Below, in pieces: positions 52,856 through 60,902 of a stretch of 64,000 bases of DNA (positions within the stretch are counted from its first letter, which is position 1; each line of letters opens with the position of its first letter). A model generated the notes under the pieces. It did not search any database, was not told where the DNA came from, and worked only from the letters and a program-made list of their open reading frames with translations. The translations under genes were made by a program, and so were the position numbers. This DNA is from Nibricoccus sp. (GTDB lineage Bacteria; Verrucomicrobiota; Verrucomicrobiia; Opitutales; Opitutaceae): NCBI GenBank assembly GCA_047602425.1, contig JASGHG010000001.1, positions 4,224,001 through 4,288,000 of the forward strand, in the 5' to 3' direction.

Positions 52856-53111
52856 GATTCCGAGTGTTTGGGGTTATTGCCCGATGCCGCCATTGACCGG
52901 GCTCGCGTGAAACAAATCTGAACGCGCGATTTTCGCAACCGGTACGTCACCTGTGTCTGAATCCATAGCCGCTGATCATGTGTGACCACCCCGACAAAAA
53001 TAACCTGAGCGCGGACGCCTCCCTTGGGCGGAGGCTTGGGGTTTTCCGGCTTTTATCTTTCAGCCGGAAGGCTTGGTGCGAGCGAAAGGAAACAGGGGAT
53101 GTCCGGCTCCC

Positions 53112-54011
53112 TTAGGGCTTCTGAAGAGTTACGGCTTTCGACCCGGCCACTTGCTCCAAAAAATCATCGATCTGTTTTTTGGCGTCGTCACGCGCCTTGC
53201 GATTTCCTTCGGCGGTGCCTCCCATCATGTAGCCGTCGTTCAAGGTGTGCCCGGCGTTCTCGTAACTGAAATGCCGGTACCAGTGCGTGAATTTTTTTTC
53301 GGCCAGTCGTTTTTCAATCATCGCGCCCATCCGAGTTGAAGGCCACATGGTGTCGGCTTTCCCCGTCAAAATGAGGATTGGACCGTTGATATTTTCGACC
53401 GGGATGGCCCCCTTTTCCACCGCCTCCTTTTGCTCAAGCGACAGCCGGTACGCTTCGACGTATTCGTTGTTCACGATCTTGCTGAAGTCGTAGTCGGCAT
53501 AGGGCACGAAGGGGACAGAGTCGCCTTTGTACGACCAGCTGGACACGCGCTGACCGCCGATGCCTTGAAAAACCACCGAACTCGGAACGGCAGCAATGAC
53601 GCCGTTTATCTGCGGATATCGTGACGCCAGCAGCAGAGCGAGTTCCCCGCCTTTCGATCCACCCCAAACCACCAATTTTTTGTCGCCGACTTCAGGTTTG
53701 GCTTGGAACAGTTCAATCACGGCCTCGAAGTACTCGAGGGGAATCAGCTCAAGACGCTCCGGGGTGTGAGGTGTCCGGAAATAACCGGTTACCATGCATG
53801 CGTACCCTTTTTCGGTAAACCCCTTGGTGTCGTAGTAATCGGGAAAGCCGCCTTCTGAGCCGCCCAGCATCAGGATCGCCACATTTTTGGGCTTCCCAGT
53901 GGGTGGATGGTAAATGACATCAACCGTTTTACCCGCCCAAACGGATTCCGCCCTTGAAGAAGTCATCAGCACAACAATCGAAGCCAGGAGGATGAGGAAT
54001 TTTCTAGTCAT
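53112..54011 (-). CDS. Secreted acyl-CoA thioesterase/BAAT C-terminal-like alpha/beta hydrolase
   Basis: GGSEGG, IPLEYF, nucleophile elbow GGSKGGELAL, IPVENI, DTMWPS, YENAGH. Confidence 0.9.
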   Translation of the reverse strand: MTRKFLILLASIVVLMTSSRAESVWAGKTVDVIYHPPTGKPKNVAILMLGGSEGGFPDYYDTKGFTEKGYACMVTGYFRTPHTPERLELIPLEYFEAVIELFQAKPEVGDKKLVVWGGSKGGELALLLASRYPQINGVIAAVPSSVVFQGIGGQRVSSWSYKGDSVPFVPYADYDFSKIVNNEYVEAYRLSLEQKEAVEKGAIPVENINGPILILTGKADTMWPSTRMGAMIEKRLAEKKFTHWYRHFSYENAGHTLNDGYMMGGTAEGNRKARDDAKKQIDDFLEQVAGSKAVTLQKP

Positions 54012-54251
54012 GGGATAACTGTAACACGCGACGAAATGCAGTCAGACCAAATACCCAAGACGACCCTGCCCAGTTACAACTATCATTCAGTCGTGTTGAG
54101 GATTTTACGTTCGTTCTTTCCGAAATTGTCCTTCTGTTTAGAAAAATATCCGTAAGTAGGCTAAGATTCGGAGTAATCCAGTGCGGGTGCATCCCAAAAG
54201 GGATGCAAAGGAGTCGAACTACCGACGTACGCCGACGAACACGGACAAGAT

Positions 54252-55205
54252 TCAGCGCATGCGGGCGAAGGTCTTCGAGAGCAGTTCGAGGTCGCTCGCG
54301 TGCTTTGTCTTTTCGCGGGTGTTGGCGATGAGTTTTTGTTCGAGGGCGTTCTTGGTCGGGCGGGTTTTGTTTTCGTAGAACACGCCGAACCGGCCGGGCC
54401 AGGGCTCAACCGCCAACTTGAAGGCGGCCAACTCGTCAGTCGGATCGTGACGCGCGGCATCCTCGGGCGTGCCGTCGTTTTTCTTCAATTCAATGGTTTG
54501 GAAAGCGCCGCCTTTGCGCGGAACGGCGGAGTCGAATGCGCCTTCGAAAAACTCGACGCATTCGGAAAGAATTTCGACGACCGAGAAACCGTCGTGGTTC
54601 GCGGCGCGGAGCATCATCTCGACCATGTGATTGATCTGCGTGGCGTGGCTGCGGGCGACGAAAGTGGCGCCGCTGTCGATAAGCGTGCGCATCGGATTGA
54701 TGGGCTGGTCGAAGGCGCCCCACGGGTCGGTCTTGGATTTGAAGCCGAGCGGCGAGGTGGGCGATGTTTGTTTTTTCGTCAGGCCATAAACGGAATTGTC
54801 CATGATGACGTAGGTCAGACGTGGATTCTTGCGTGCGGTGTGGACGAGATGGTTCCCCCCGATGGAGAAGCCGTCGCCGTCGCCGCCGAAGACAAAGACA
54901 TGCAGGTCGTCGCGACCGAGACTGATGCCCGCGGCAAAGGGGAGCGAGCGACCGTGAATGTAGTGGCCGCCGTGCGTGTTGACGAAATACGGGAAACGCG
55001 AGGAGCAGCCGATACCGGCGAAGGTGACGATTTTTTCCTGCGGGTAGTTTAGCTTTTCAAGGACCTTGTAGAAGGCGGCGAGCACAGCGAAGTCGCCGCA
55101 ACCGGGGCACCAAGTCGGGTGATCGGCGGTGAGAGTTTTCTTGGTGAGCGGCGCACGCGGTGCGTCGGGGAGCGGGGCGGGGGCGGGAAGAGTGGAAGAG
55201 GACAT
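54252..55205 (-). CDS. korB: 2-oxoacid:ferredoxin oxidoreductase beta subunit
   Basis: WCPGCGD, GIGCSSR, HGR, GGDGD...IGGNH, DNSVYGLTKKQTSPT. Confidence 0.95.
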   Translation of the reverse strand: MSSSTLPAPAPLPDAPRAPLTKKTLTADHPTWCPGCGDFAVLAAFYKVLEKLNYPQEKIVTFAGIGCSSRFPYFVNTHGGHYIHGRSLPFAAGISLGRDDLHVFVFGGDGDGFSIGGNHLVHTARKNPRLTYVIMDNSVYGLTKKQTSPTSPLGFKSKTDPWGAFDQPINPMRTLIDSGATFVARSHATQINHMVEMMLRAANHDGFSVVEILSECVEFFEGAFDSAVPRKGGAFQTIELKKNDGTPEDAARHDPTDELAAFKLAVEPWPGRFGVFYENKTRPTKNALEQKLIANTREKTKHASDLELLSKTFARMR

Positions 55206-55211
55206 GGGGGC

Positions 55212-55266
55212 GGAGTCGGAAGTCGGAGGTCGGAAGTCGGAGGTCGGAAGTCGAGAGTGCGGAGTG
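55212..55266. repeat. Heptamer tandem array (GGARGTC) between korA and korB
   Basis: ggaagtc ggaggtc ggaagtc ggaggtc ggaagtc at 55218-55252 plus degenerate flanks. Confidence 0.85.
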
Positions 55267-55286
55267 GGCTGGAATCAAAAACGCGT

Positions 55287-57164
55287 TCAGGTGCGAATCG
55301 CGGCGGCAAGGGGGCTTTGTTTGCGCATGCCGAAAGAAGTGTCGGCGAGGCCGAGGTGTTTCGCGACGCGTTCGACGATGTCGCTGATCTTGTATGTCAG
55401 GCCGTCGGTCTTCGTGATGCTGGCGATCGCCGGGTTGCAGTAGCGCGCGCGCAGAAGCGTCGCGAGCTGGCCGTAACCGTAGAGGCCTTCGTCGTTGATT
55501 TCGACGACGAGGATATTTTTGTACCTGGCAAAGATCTCGTCCAGGCCCTCATCGAGCGGGTGGAGATGGCGGATTTGAAGATGGCCGGCTTTGGTACCGG
55601 CTTTGCGGAGACGGCCGACGGCTTCGCGGATGGGACCGTACGTGCAACCCCAACCAACGAGCAGAACCTCGCCCGTTTCGTCGCCAAAGAGTTCCGGTGC
55701 ATCGTAGGTGGCGGCGACGGATTTGATTTTCTCGCGGCGCTTGGCGGTCATCTTCGTGTGCAGGACCGGGCTCGCGGTGGGATGGCCGAATTCGTCGTGC
55801 TCAAGGCCGGTGACAGTAGGATATTTGCCCGAGTTCATCCAGGCACCGGGAGGCGCGTGGCGTTGGGGCTGGTCGAGTGGGTAGGCTTTGAAATTGGCGT
55901 CGCGCGGGCTGAGATCGAGTTTTGGCGCGACCATGATTTTGGCGAGGTCGGGTTCGTCGAACGCCTCGATGCGCGTGGCCAGCGCCTGGTCGGTGAGGAT
56001 GATCACGGGCGTGCTGAATTCACGCGCGATGCGGGCCGCTTCCATCGCGATGTAGAAGCAGTCTTCGACATTTTTCGGCGCGAGGACGACGCGCGGGGAA
56101 TCGCCGTGGCTGCCATAGATGGCTTGGAGCAGGTCGCTTTGTTCGATGTTGGTGGGCATGCCGGTCGAAGGGCCGCCGCGCTGGACGTTGACGACGATGA
56201 GCGGCATTTCCGCCATGGTGGCCCAGCCGAGCGCTTCCATCTTGAGCGAAAGTCCGGGACCGGAACTACCGGTGATCGCCAAATGTCCGCTGTACGAAAA
56301 GCCGAGCGCGGTCGAGGCGGCGGCGATTTCGTCTTCGCATTGCACGAAGATGCCGCCGTATTTCGGCAATTCGGTGCGCAATGTTTCCATGATCGAGGAC
56401 CAGGGGGTGATCGGATAACCGGCGCCGTGGCGGACGCCTGCGGCGATCAATCCGTAGGTGAGGGCGGAATTGCCATCGGTCGTGATCTGCGGGCGGCCGC
56501 CGTTGGCGGTGGCTTCCGGTTTTGCCAGTCGGTAAAGGCAGTTGCGCAGATTCTCGGCCGGGTACGCATAGCCGGCATCGAAGGCGACGAGCGCGTTGCG
56601 GACGATGTCCTCGTTTTTGCCACCGAAACGTTCCTTGATCAGTTGGGTGAGCTTCGGCACGTCGAGGTCGAACATACGCGCGAGCAGACCGAGCACGTAG
56701 ATGTTTTTCCCCTTCTCCTTGGTGGAACCGCCAACCGCCTCGACGGTGGCGCTGGTCATCGGCACGGGCACGGCAGTAACTTCCTTGTCCTCGGGATTTG
56801 GCGTGACGTGATCGGAATCGTAGAGGAGCACGCCGCCTGGTCGCAGCGAGGCGCGGTGGTTTTCGTAACTGTGTTGGTAGAAGGCGACGAGGAGATCGGC
56901 GCGATCGCCAGCGGACAGAATTTCGCCGGAGCCCATGCGGACTTGGAAAATCGAGGGCCCGCCGGAGATGGTGGACGGGATGGTCATGTACGTCATGACC
57001 TCTTGGTCGGAACGTCCGGCGAGCCGGGCGAGAAAAGCGCCGACGGCTTGAATGCCGTCCTGCGAGTTGCCCGCCAATCGGATGACGACGTCGGGAATAG
57101 TGAGGAGTTGTTCGTTGGAGCGAACTGTCGCGCCAACGGCCGGAGTGGGGATGGGGCTGACCAT
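55287..57164 (-). CDS. korA: 2-oxoacid:acceptor oxidoreductase alpha subunit (gamma-alpha fusion)
   Basis: AGNSQDGIQ, GYPITP, QCEDEIAA, SSGPGLSLK, QRGGPSTGMPT, GLEHDE, VGWG. Confidence 0.95.
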   Translation of the reverse strand: MVSPIPTPAVGATVRSNEQLLTIPDVVIRLAGNSQDGIQAVGAFLARLAGRSDQEVMTYMTIPSTISGGPSIFQVRMGSGEILSAGDRADLLVAFYQHSYENHRASLRPGGVLLYDSDHVTPNPEDKEVTAVPVPMTSATVEAVGGSTKEKGKNIYVLGLLARMFDLDVPKLTQLIKERFGGKNEDIVRNALVAFDAGYAYPAENLRNCLYRLAKPEATANGGRPQITTDGNSALTYGLIAAGVRHGAGYPITPWSSIMETLRTELPKYGGIFVQCEDEIAAASTALGFSYSGHLAITGSSGPGLSLKMEALGWATMAEMPLIVVNVQRGGPSTGMPTNIEQSDLLQAIYGSHGDSPRVVLAPKNVEDCFYIAMEAARIAREFSTPVIILTDQALATRIEAFDEPDLAKIMVAPKLDLSPRDANFKAYPLDQPQRHAPPGAWMNSGKYPTVTGLEHDEFGHPTASPVLHTKMTAKRREKIKSVAATYDAPELFGDETGEVLLVGWGCTYGPIREAVGRLRKAGTKAGHLQIRHLHPLDEGLDEIFARYKNILVVEINDEGLYGYGQLATLLRARYCNPAIASITKTDGLTYKISDIVERVAKHLGLADTSFGMRKQSPLAAAIRT

Positions 57165-57728
57165 GTACCACGCTGTGCACTTCAGTCATCTGGTAAAGTC
57201 TCCCATACCAAATTAGGGCATTTTTTTATGAGAAGGCCGGATTTGGCCTGCCGGGATCGCCGATGCCCGCCATTGAACGCGAAAACGCATGGCGCTGAAG
57301 CTGCGTCACCTGTGTTTTTTTCTGTAACAGGTTCGCGGTTTATCCTGAACAGGAAGGAATGAAGAAACGGAGAAGTTGTTTGATAAAAGGAGCGCGGAGA
57401 TCTGCAAAACCAGATCTTCGCCTCGGTGGACAGGTGCGCGATTTCAAGCGGTGAGGCGTATCTCCGGGTCCGAACTCCTACCGTTCCATTAAGTCTCGCT
57501 CGTCTATTGCGCAACAATGTGAACACGGGAGGCGTTGTCTCGAAGTCATTTTGATGCGCTTTGAGCGGGGTTACTTTACCCCCATCGCTTGGCGGCGTTG
57601 GATCACTTTCCGGTTCGCGGACTCTCCGTGCGCGAATCGAAAAAAACAGCGGGACGTTTACCTCGGCTGGCGCACCGCTGGTTCAGGTCGCGGGAGCGAC
57701 CGGTCACTAGAGCCGAACCCTAAAACAT

Positions 57729-58142
57729 ATGAATACGCTAACTAAGCTTACGCGCCATTTCGTGGTGCTTGCAGCGCTGATTTCGTCAGTGCTTTCGCTG
57801 TCGGCCGTGACGGTCAATGTCGGATATATTACCTCAAGCGTCTCGTTTTCATTCAGCGCCAACACGGATGCTGAGATCTATATCCGCAACCTCGATACCA
57901 ATGAGGTCGTCGCCAGAGGGTGGTATGACTACTTCTCAGGTTGTCATGCAGAAACGTATATAGATGGACCAAGCGGGTACGGCTATTACGACTCAGGCGA
58001 GGTGTACGATCTTCCACCGGGAAACTACGAACTTGAAATATGGGGCCCCGGAACGCTCGGTGGCTCTTCCTTTAACGGCGGATGGGGTTCCGTCTGGTAC
58101 ACCGGACCCTATGCTAACAGCATAACTTTTGGCATTAACTAA
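57729..58142 (+). CDS. Small secreted Tyr/Gly-rich hypothetical protein
   Basis: Signal peptide; YDLPPGNYELEIWG; followed by its own terminator. Confidence 0.8.
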   Translation: MNTLTKLTRHFVVLAALISSVLSLSAVTVNVGYITSSVSFSFSANTDAEIYIRNLDTNEVVARGWYDYFSGCHAETYIDGPSGYGYYDSGEVYDLPPGNYELEIWGPGTLGGSSFNGGWGSVWYTGPYANSITFGIN

Positions 58143-58155
58143 CCATTTGCTCAAC

Positions 58156-58195
58156 AGGGCAGAGTGCGCACGGGCGCCTCTGCCCTCGTTTTTTT
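58156..58195 (+). terminator. Rho-independent terminator
   Basis: AGGGCAGAG...CTCTGCCCT stem followed by T7. Confidence 0.85.
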
Positions 58196-58785
58196 GAGTT
58201 GGGTAGTAAACGCCTGACGCTGCGAATATCGACGATTCGTTTGTGTCGTGAGTTTAAAGCTGAGGACGCCCTTCAGGAGAAAAACATCCGCCAGGATGAA
58301 AGAATTGGGATAGTCGGAGTCGCTGACCCCGATTCAGAATATCCGCTTTTCAACCGGCCAGCTTGTTGGCGGAAAGAACGTGAAAACCAGAAAAAGGAGC
58401 TCCTTTTTGAAAAGAGGAGATGCATGACGGCAAAAGTATAAGAGTGGAGCAGAAAAGGAGGTTCTCGTTTAGTAATGGATGTCCTGGCAGGCAGGTTGGC
58501 GATGTTTTGCCAGCGGCGGTGGACCAATTTGCAGAAAGGAGAACACAATTGGCCGAGAGCGGGCGAGTTTTTGGCGCAGTTCGTTAGTTGGCGATGCGGC
58601 TTATGCAATTTATCGGCAATACGTGAGGGCGCGGCGAAGGTCGTGCGATAAGATAAAGAGATGGACGATGGTTGTTGTTTTTATAACCGGGCGATAGGTA
58701 CAAAAACAAATTTTAGCGGTTTGACAAAGTTGTGGCCGGTGGACGGATTCGTCGGCACCTAAATCGGAAAGGAGGTGAAAAAATT

Positions 58786-59205
58786 ATGGCACGAAAAACG
58801 GTAAAGATAGGAGTCTCGACCACAGACCCTGCGGCGCTCGTGAAGCTCGCCGAGTCGATCGTCAAGCGTCAGAGCAGCGACAACGCCAGCAAGGCGGTGG
58901 GCGTGGAGATCGACATGGTCGCGTTCGCGGAGAAGGCCAAGTCCGTTAAGACTTGGCAGACCGACATCGAACAACTCAGCCGGCGGCTCGAAGAACTGAC
59001 CGGACAGCGCAACCAGCTCCTTGGGATCAGCGAGGGACAGAACTTGCAAACCAAAGGCACGCTCTTGTTCGAGATCATGCGCATTCGCGATCTCTTGCTC
59101 GGCGCGAGCCGCGGCAACGAGAAGGCGCTGGAGCCCTGGGGCTTCGACGTGACGGTTGGAGAAGCCAAGGCCCCGACCCGCAAAGCGAAGGCAGTTGCGG
59201 TTTGA
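58786..59205 (+). CDS. Hypothetical helical protein (139 aa)
   Basis: Strong SD AAAGGAGGTG upstream of ATG 58786; downstream terminator; coiled-coil-like middle; LEPWGFDV near the end. Confidence 0.8.
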   Translation: MARKTVKIGVSTTDPAALVKLAESIVKRQSSDNASKAVGVEIDMVAFAEKAKSVKTWQTDIEQLSRRLEELTGQRNQLLGISEGQNLQTKGTLLFEIMRIRDLLLGASRGNEKALEPWGFDVTVGEAKAPTRKAKAVAV

Positions 59206-59223
59206 TGGTTGTGGTTAGATTGC

Positions 59224-59259
59224 AAGGACGGGAGGAAGCACCTCCCGTCCTTTTTCTTT
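59224..59259 (+). terminator. Rho-independent terminator
   Basis: AAGGACGGGAGG-N5-CCTCCCGTCCTT followed by a T run. Confidence 0.9.
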
Positions 59260-59281
59260 GGGCGCAAAGGAATGGATCGAA

Positions 59282-60014
59282 AGGTGGAACCTGACGTCCC
59301 CGGCGGGTTGGTTCGGGTAAGGCCGCACCTTGCGTACGTGCCGGGTTTGGGGTTCGACCTGGTTTTTTCACGCGAAGGACGCGAAGTACGCGAAGGTCGG
59401 ATTTTTTAACCACTGATAATCACTTATGGTCACTGATGACTGGACCGAGAGGATTTTTATCAGCGTCTCTCAGTAAAAATACGGGTTCAACCTTCCGAAC
59501 CAAAGCTCGGACTTTTTTTAACCACAGATGAGCACAGATGGCGGAGGTCCGTGGCCGCATGGGTTGGTCGGTTTGATGGAGGGCGGGCCGCCGTGCCCGC
59601 CGGGCTCGGTGAGTCTCAGAGCGAAGGCTCGAGGAGATCGAAGAGGACCGGAGAGATCCACGCCGTCGAGGGCGCGTTCGATGGTGAGTTTTCCGGGGTG
59701 GGACGCGGCGTCCCGACGCGTCGAGCGACGTCATGTGGTTAGCGACGTCGCTTTCCAAACCAGCGAGTCGGGGACGCCTCGCTCCAACTTCAGAGTTTCA
59801 ACCGGGCGAGTTGGAGGTTTCGGAAATGATCGGCGCCGTGGCGGTCGAGCGCCTTCTGCGCCTCGCGCAGCGCCTGCTTCTTCAGCTATCGCCGGTGGAA
59901 GTCCCGACACGTCGAGCGAGGTCGCTGGCGAGCCCTTTGCGATTCTTGGCGATCTTGGTGTTCAAAACGGATCGGAAAAGGAAGTGGAACACGAAGAGCA
60001 CCAAGTTCCGCAAA
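59282..60014. repeat. Mosaic of REP-like hairpins and 9-10-bp-period tandem repeats
   Basis: GTGG/TGGA-headed hairpins at 59282, 59577, 59698, 59762-59786; CGCGAAG x3 (59371), CACTKAT x3 (59411), CACAGAT x2 (59523), inverted CACCAAG-type triplets at 59935-60014. Confidence 0.75.
59790..59885 (-). repeat. Copy 1 of a duplicated gene 3'-end fragment (LKKQALREAQKALDRHGADHFRNLQLARLKL*)
   Basis: 86/93 nt identical to 60750-60842; ends in TGA; in-frame stop immediately upstream. Confidence 0.85.
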
Positions 60015-60084
60015 GAAGATGTCGGACCCCAAAAAACCGTGCCCTGACCATTTTTCAGCGCCCTGGCGTTCTGCTCCGTCATAG

Positions 60085-60432
60085 TCAGGGTCTTGTCGTC
60101 ATCGAAAACTTTTTCACGCCGTTCTTTCTGCAAATCTCCATGATTTTTGAAATCGGCTCGAACTTACCCTTTTCGGACGCACAAATTAAAACTGACGCCT
60201 CTGGATCTTTGTTAACCAAGGCGCGCAATATCTCTGCGATGCTGCTTTCATCGACCGCTCTTCCTTGAATCGTTGCTTTACCAGTCGCGTCCAGATCGAT
60301 TTGAAGCTGAAAAGAACTGCTCGCAGTCACAATCTGATCAGCCTGTTTGGGCGTATCCTCGGCAGCCCAAAGGCACGAGTACAGTGACGCTGCGCTAAAT
60401 AGAAACGATAAGGCAGTTTTAGTTTTCTTCAT
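60085..60432 (-). CDS. ExbD/TolR-like periplasmic domain protein with signal peptide
   Basis: IDLDATGKATIQG...VLICASEKGKFEPISKIMEICRKNGVKKFSM resembles the ExbD C-terminal fold; lower GC. Confidence 0.7.
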   Translation of the reverse strand: MKKTKTALSFLFSAASLYSCLWAAEDTPKQADQIVTASSSFQLQIDLDATGKATIQGRAVDESSIAEILRALVNKDPEASVLICASEKGKFEPISKIMEICRKNGVKKFSMTTRP

Positions 60433-60675
60433 TTGGTGAATGATTTTGTAAAGAGTGGTTTATCCCTCTCACGACTGTTTTGCCGACGGCAACTCGGTAG
60501 AGGGCATCCGCCGACAAGGGTGGAAAAAGGCCACCGAGATTTGTCTGGTCCGTCAACTACTGAAGGCAAGACTGGTGCGGGAATTTTCTGAGGTTATGGT
60601 TCGCTTGAGTCTGTTGGCGTCAGTCAAATGTCAGGACGTGAGGTGTTCAGCCCGATTAAAAACCATCGCCTTCCG

Positions 60676-60747
60676 AGGTGGAGCGACTTGTCCTCAAGAC
60701 GCTTGCCGGGCGTCGCGTGAGCCAACGCGTTGAGGTCTGTTCCACCT
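60676..60747. repeat. Inverted pair of GTGG-type REP-like elements
   Basis: AGGTGGAGCGAC... and ...GTTCCACCT ends with internal complementary CCTCAA/TTGAGG. Confidence 0.6.
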
Positions 60748-60749
60748 AG

Positions 60750-60842
60750 GATTTTCAGCCGGGCGAGTTGGAGGTTTCGGAAATGATCGGCCCCGTGACG
60801 GTCGAGCGCGTTCTGCGCCTCGCGCAGCGCCTGCTTCTCCAA
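60750..60842 (-). repeat. Copy 2 of the duplicated gene 3'-end fragment
   Basis: Encodes LEKQALREAQNALDRHGADHFRNLQLARLKI; direct repeat of 59793-59885. Confidence 0.85.
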
Positions 60843-60902
60843 ATGGGGGAATTCAGCTGACTTCGTCCTCTAGAAGTGCCACCAACTAGGGTTTGAGGAA
60901 AT

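Noticed and set aside
58474..58650. Short ORF of about 58 aa (MDVLAGRLAMF...) after AAAAGGAGG
   Set aside because: SD spacing is too long, and there is no recognisable motif or terminator
59371..59540. Possible CRISPR array
   Set aside because: Units are 7 bp with 9-10 bp period, there are no 25-40 bp repeats with unique spacers, and no cas genes are present
60624..60842. 72-aa ORF MEKQALREAQ... as an independent gene
   Set aside because: It is the duplicated gene-end fragment running into a REP pair
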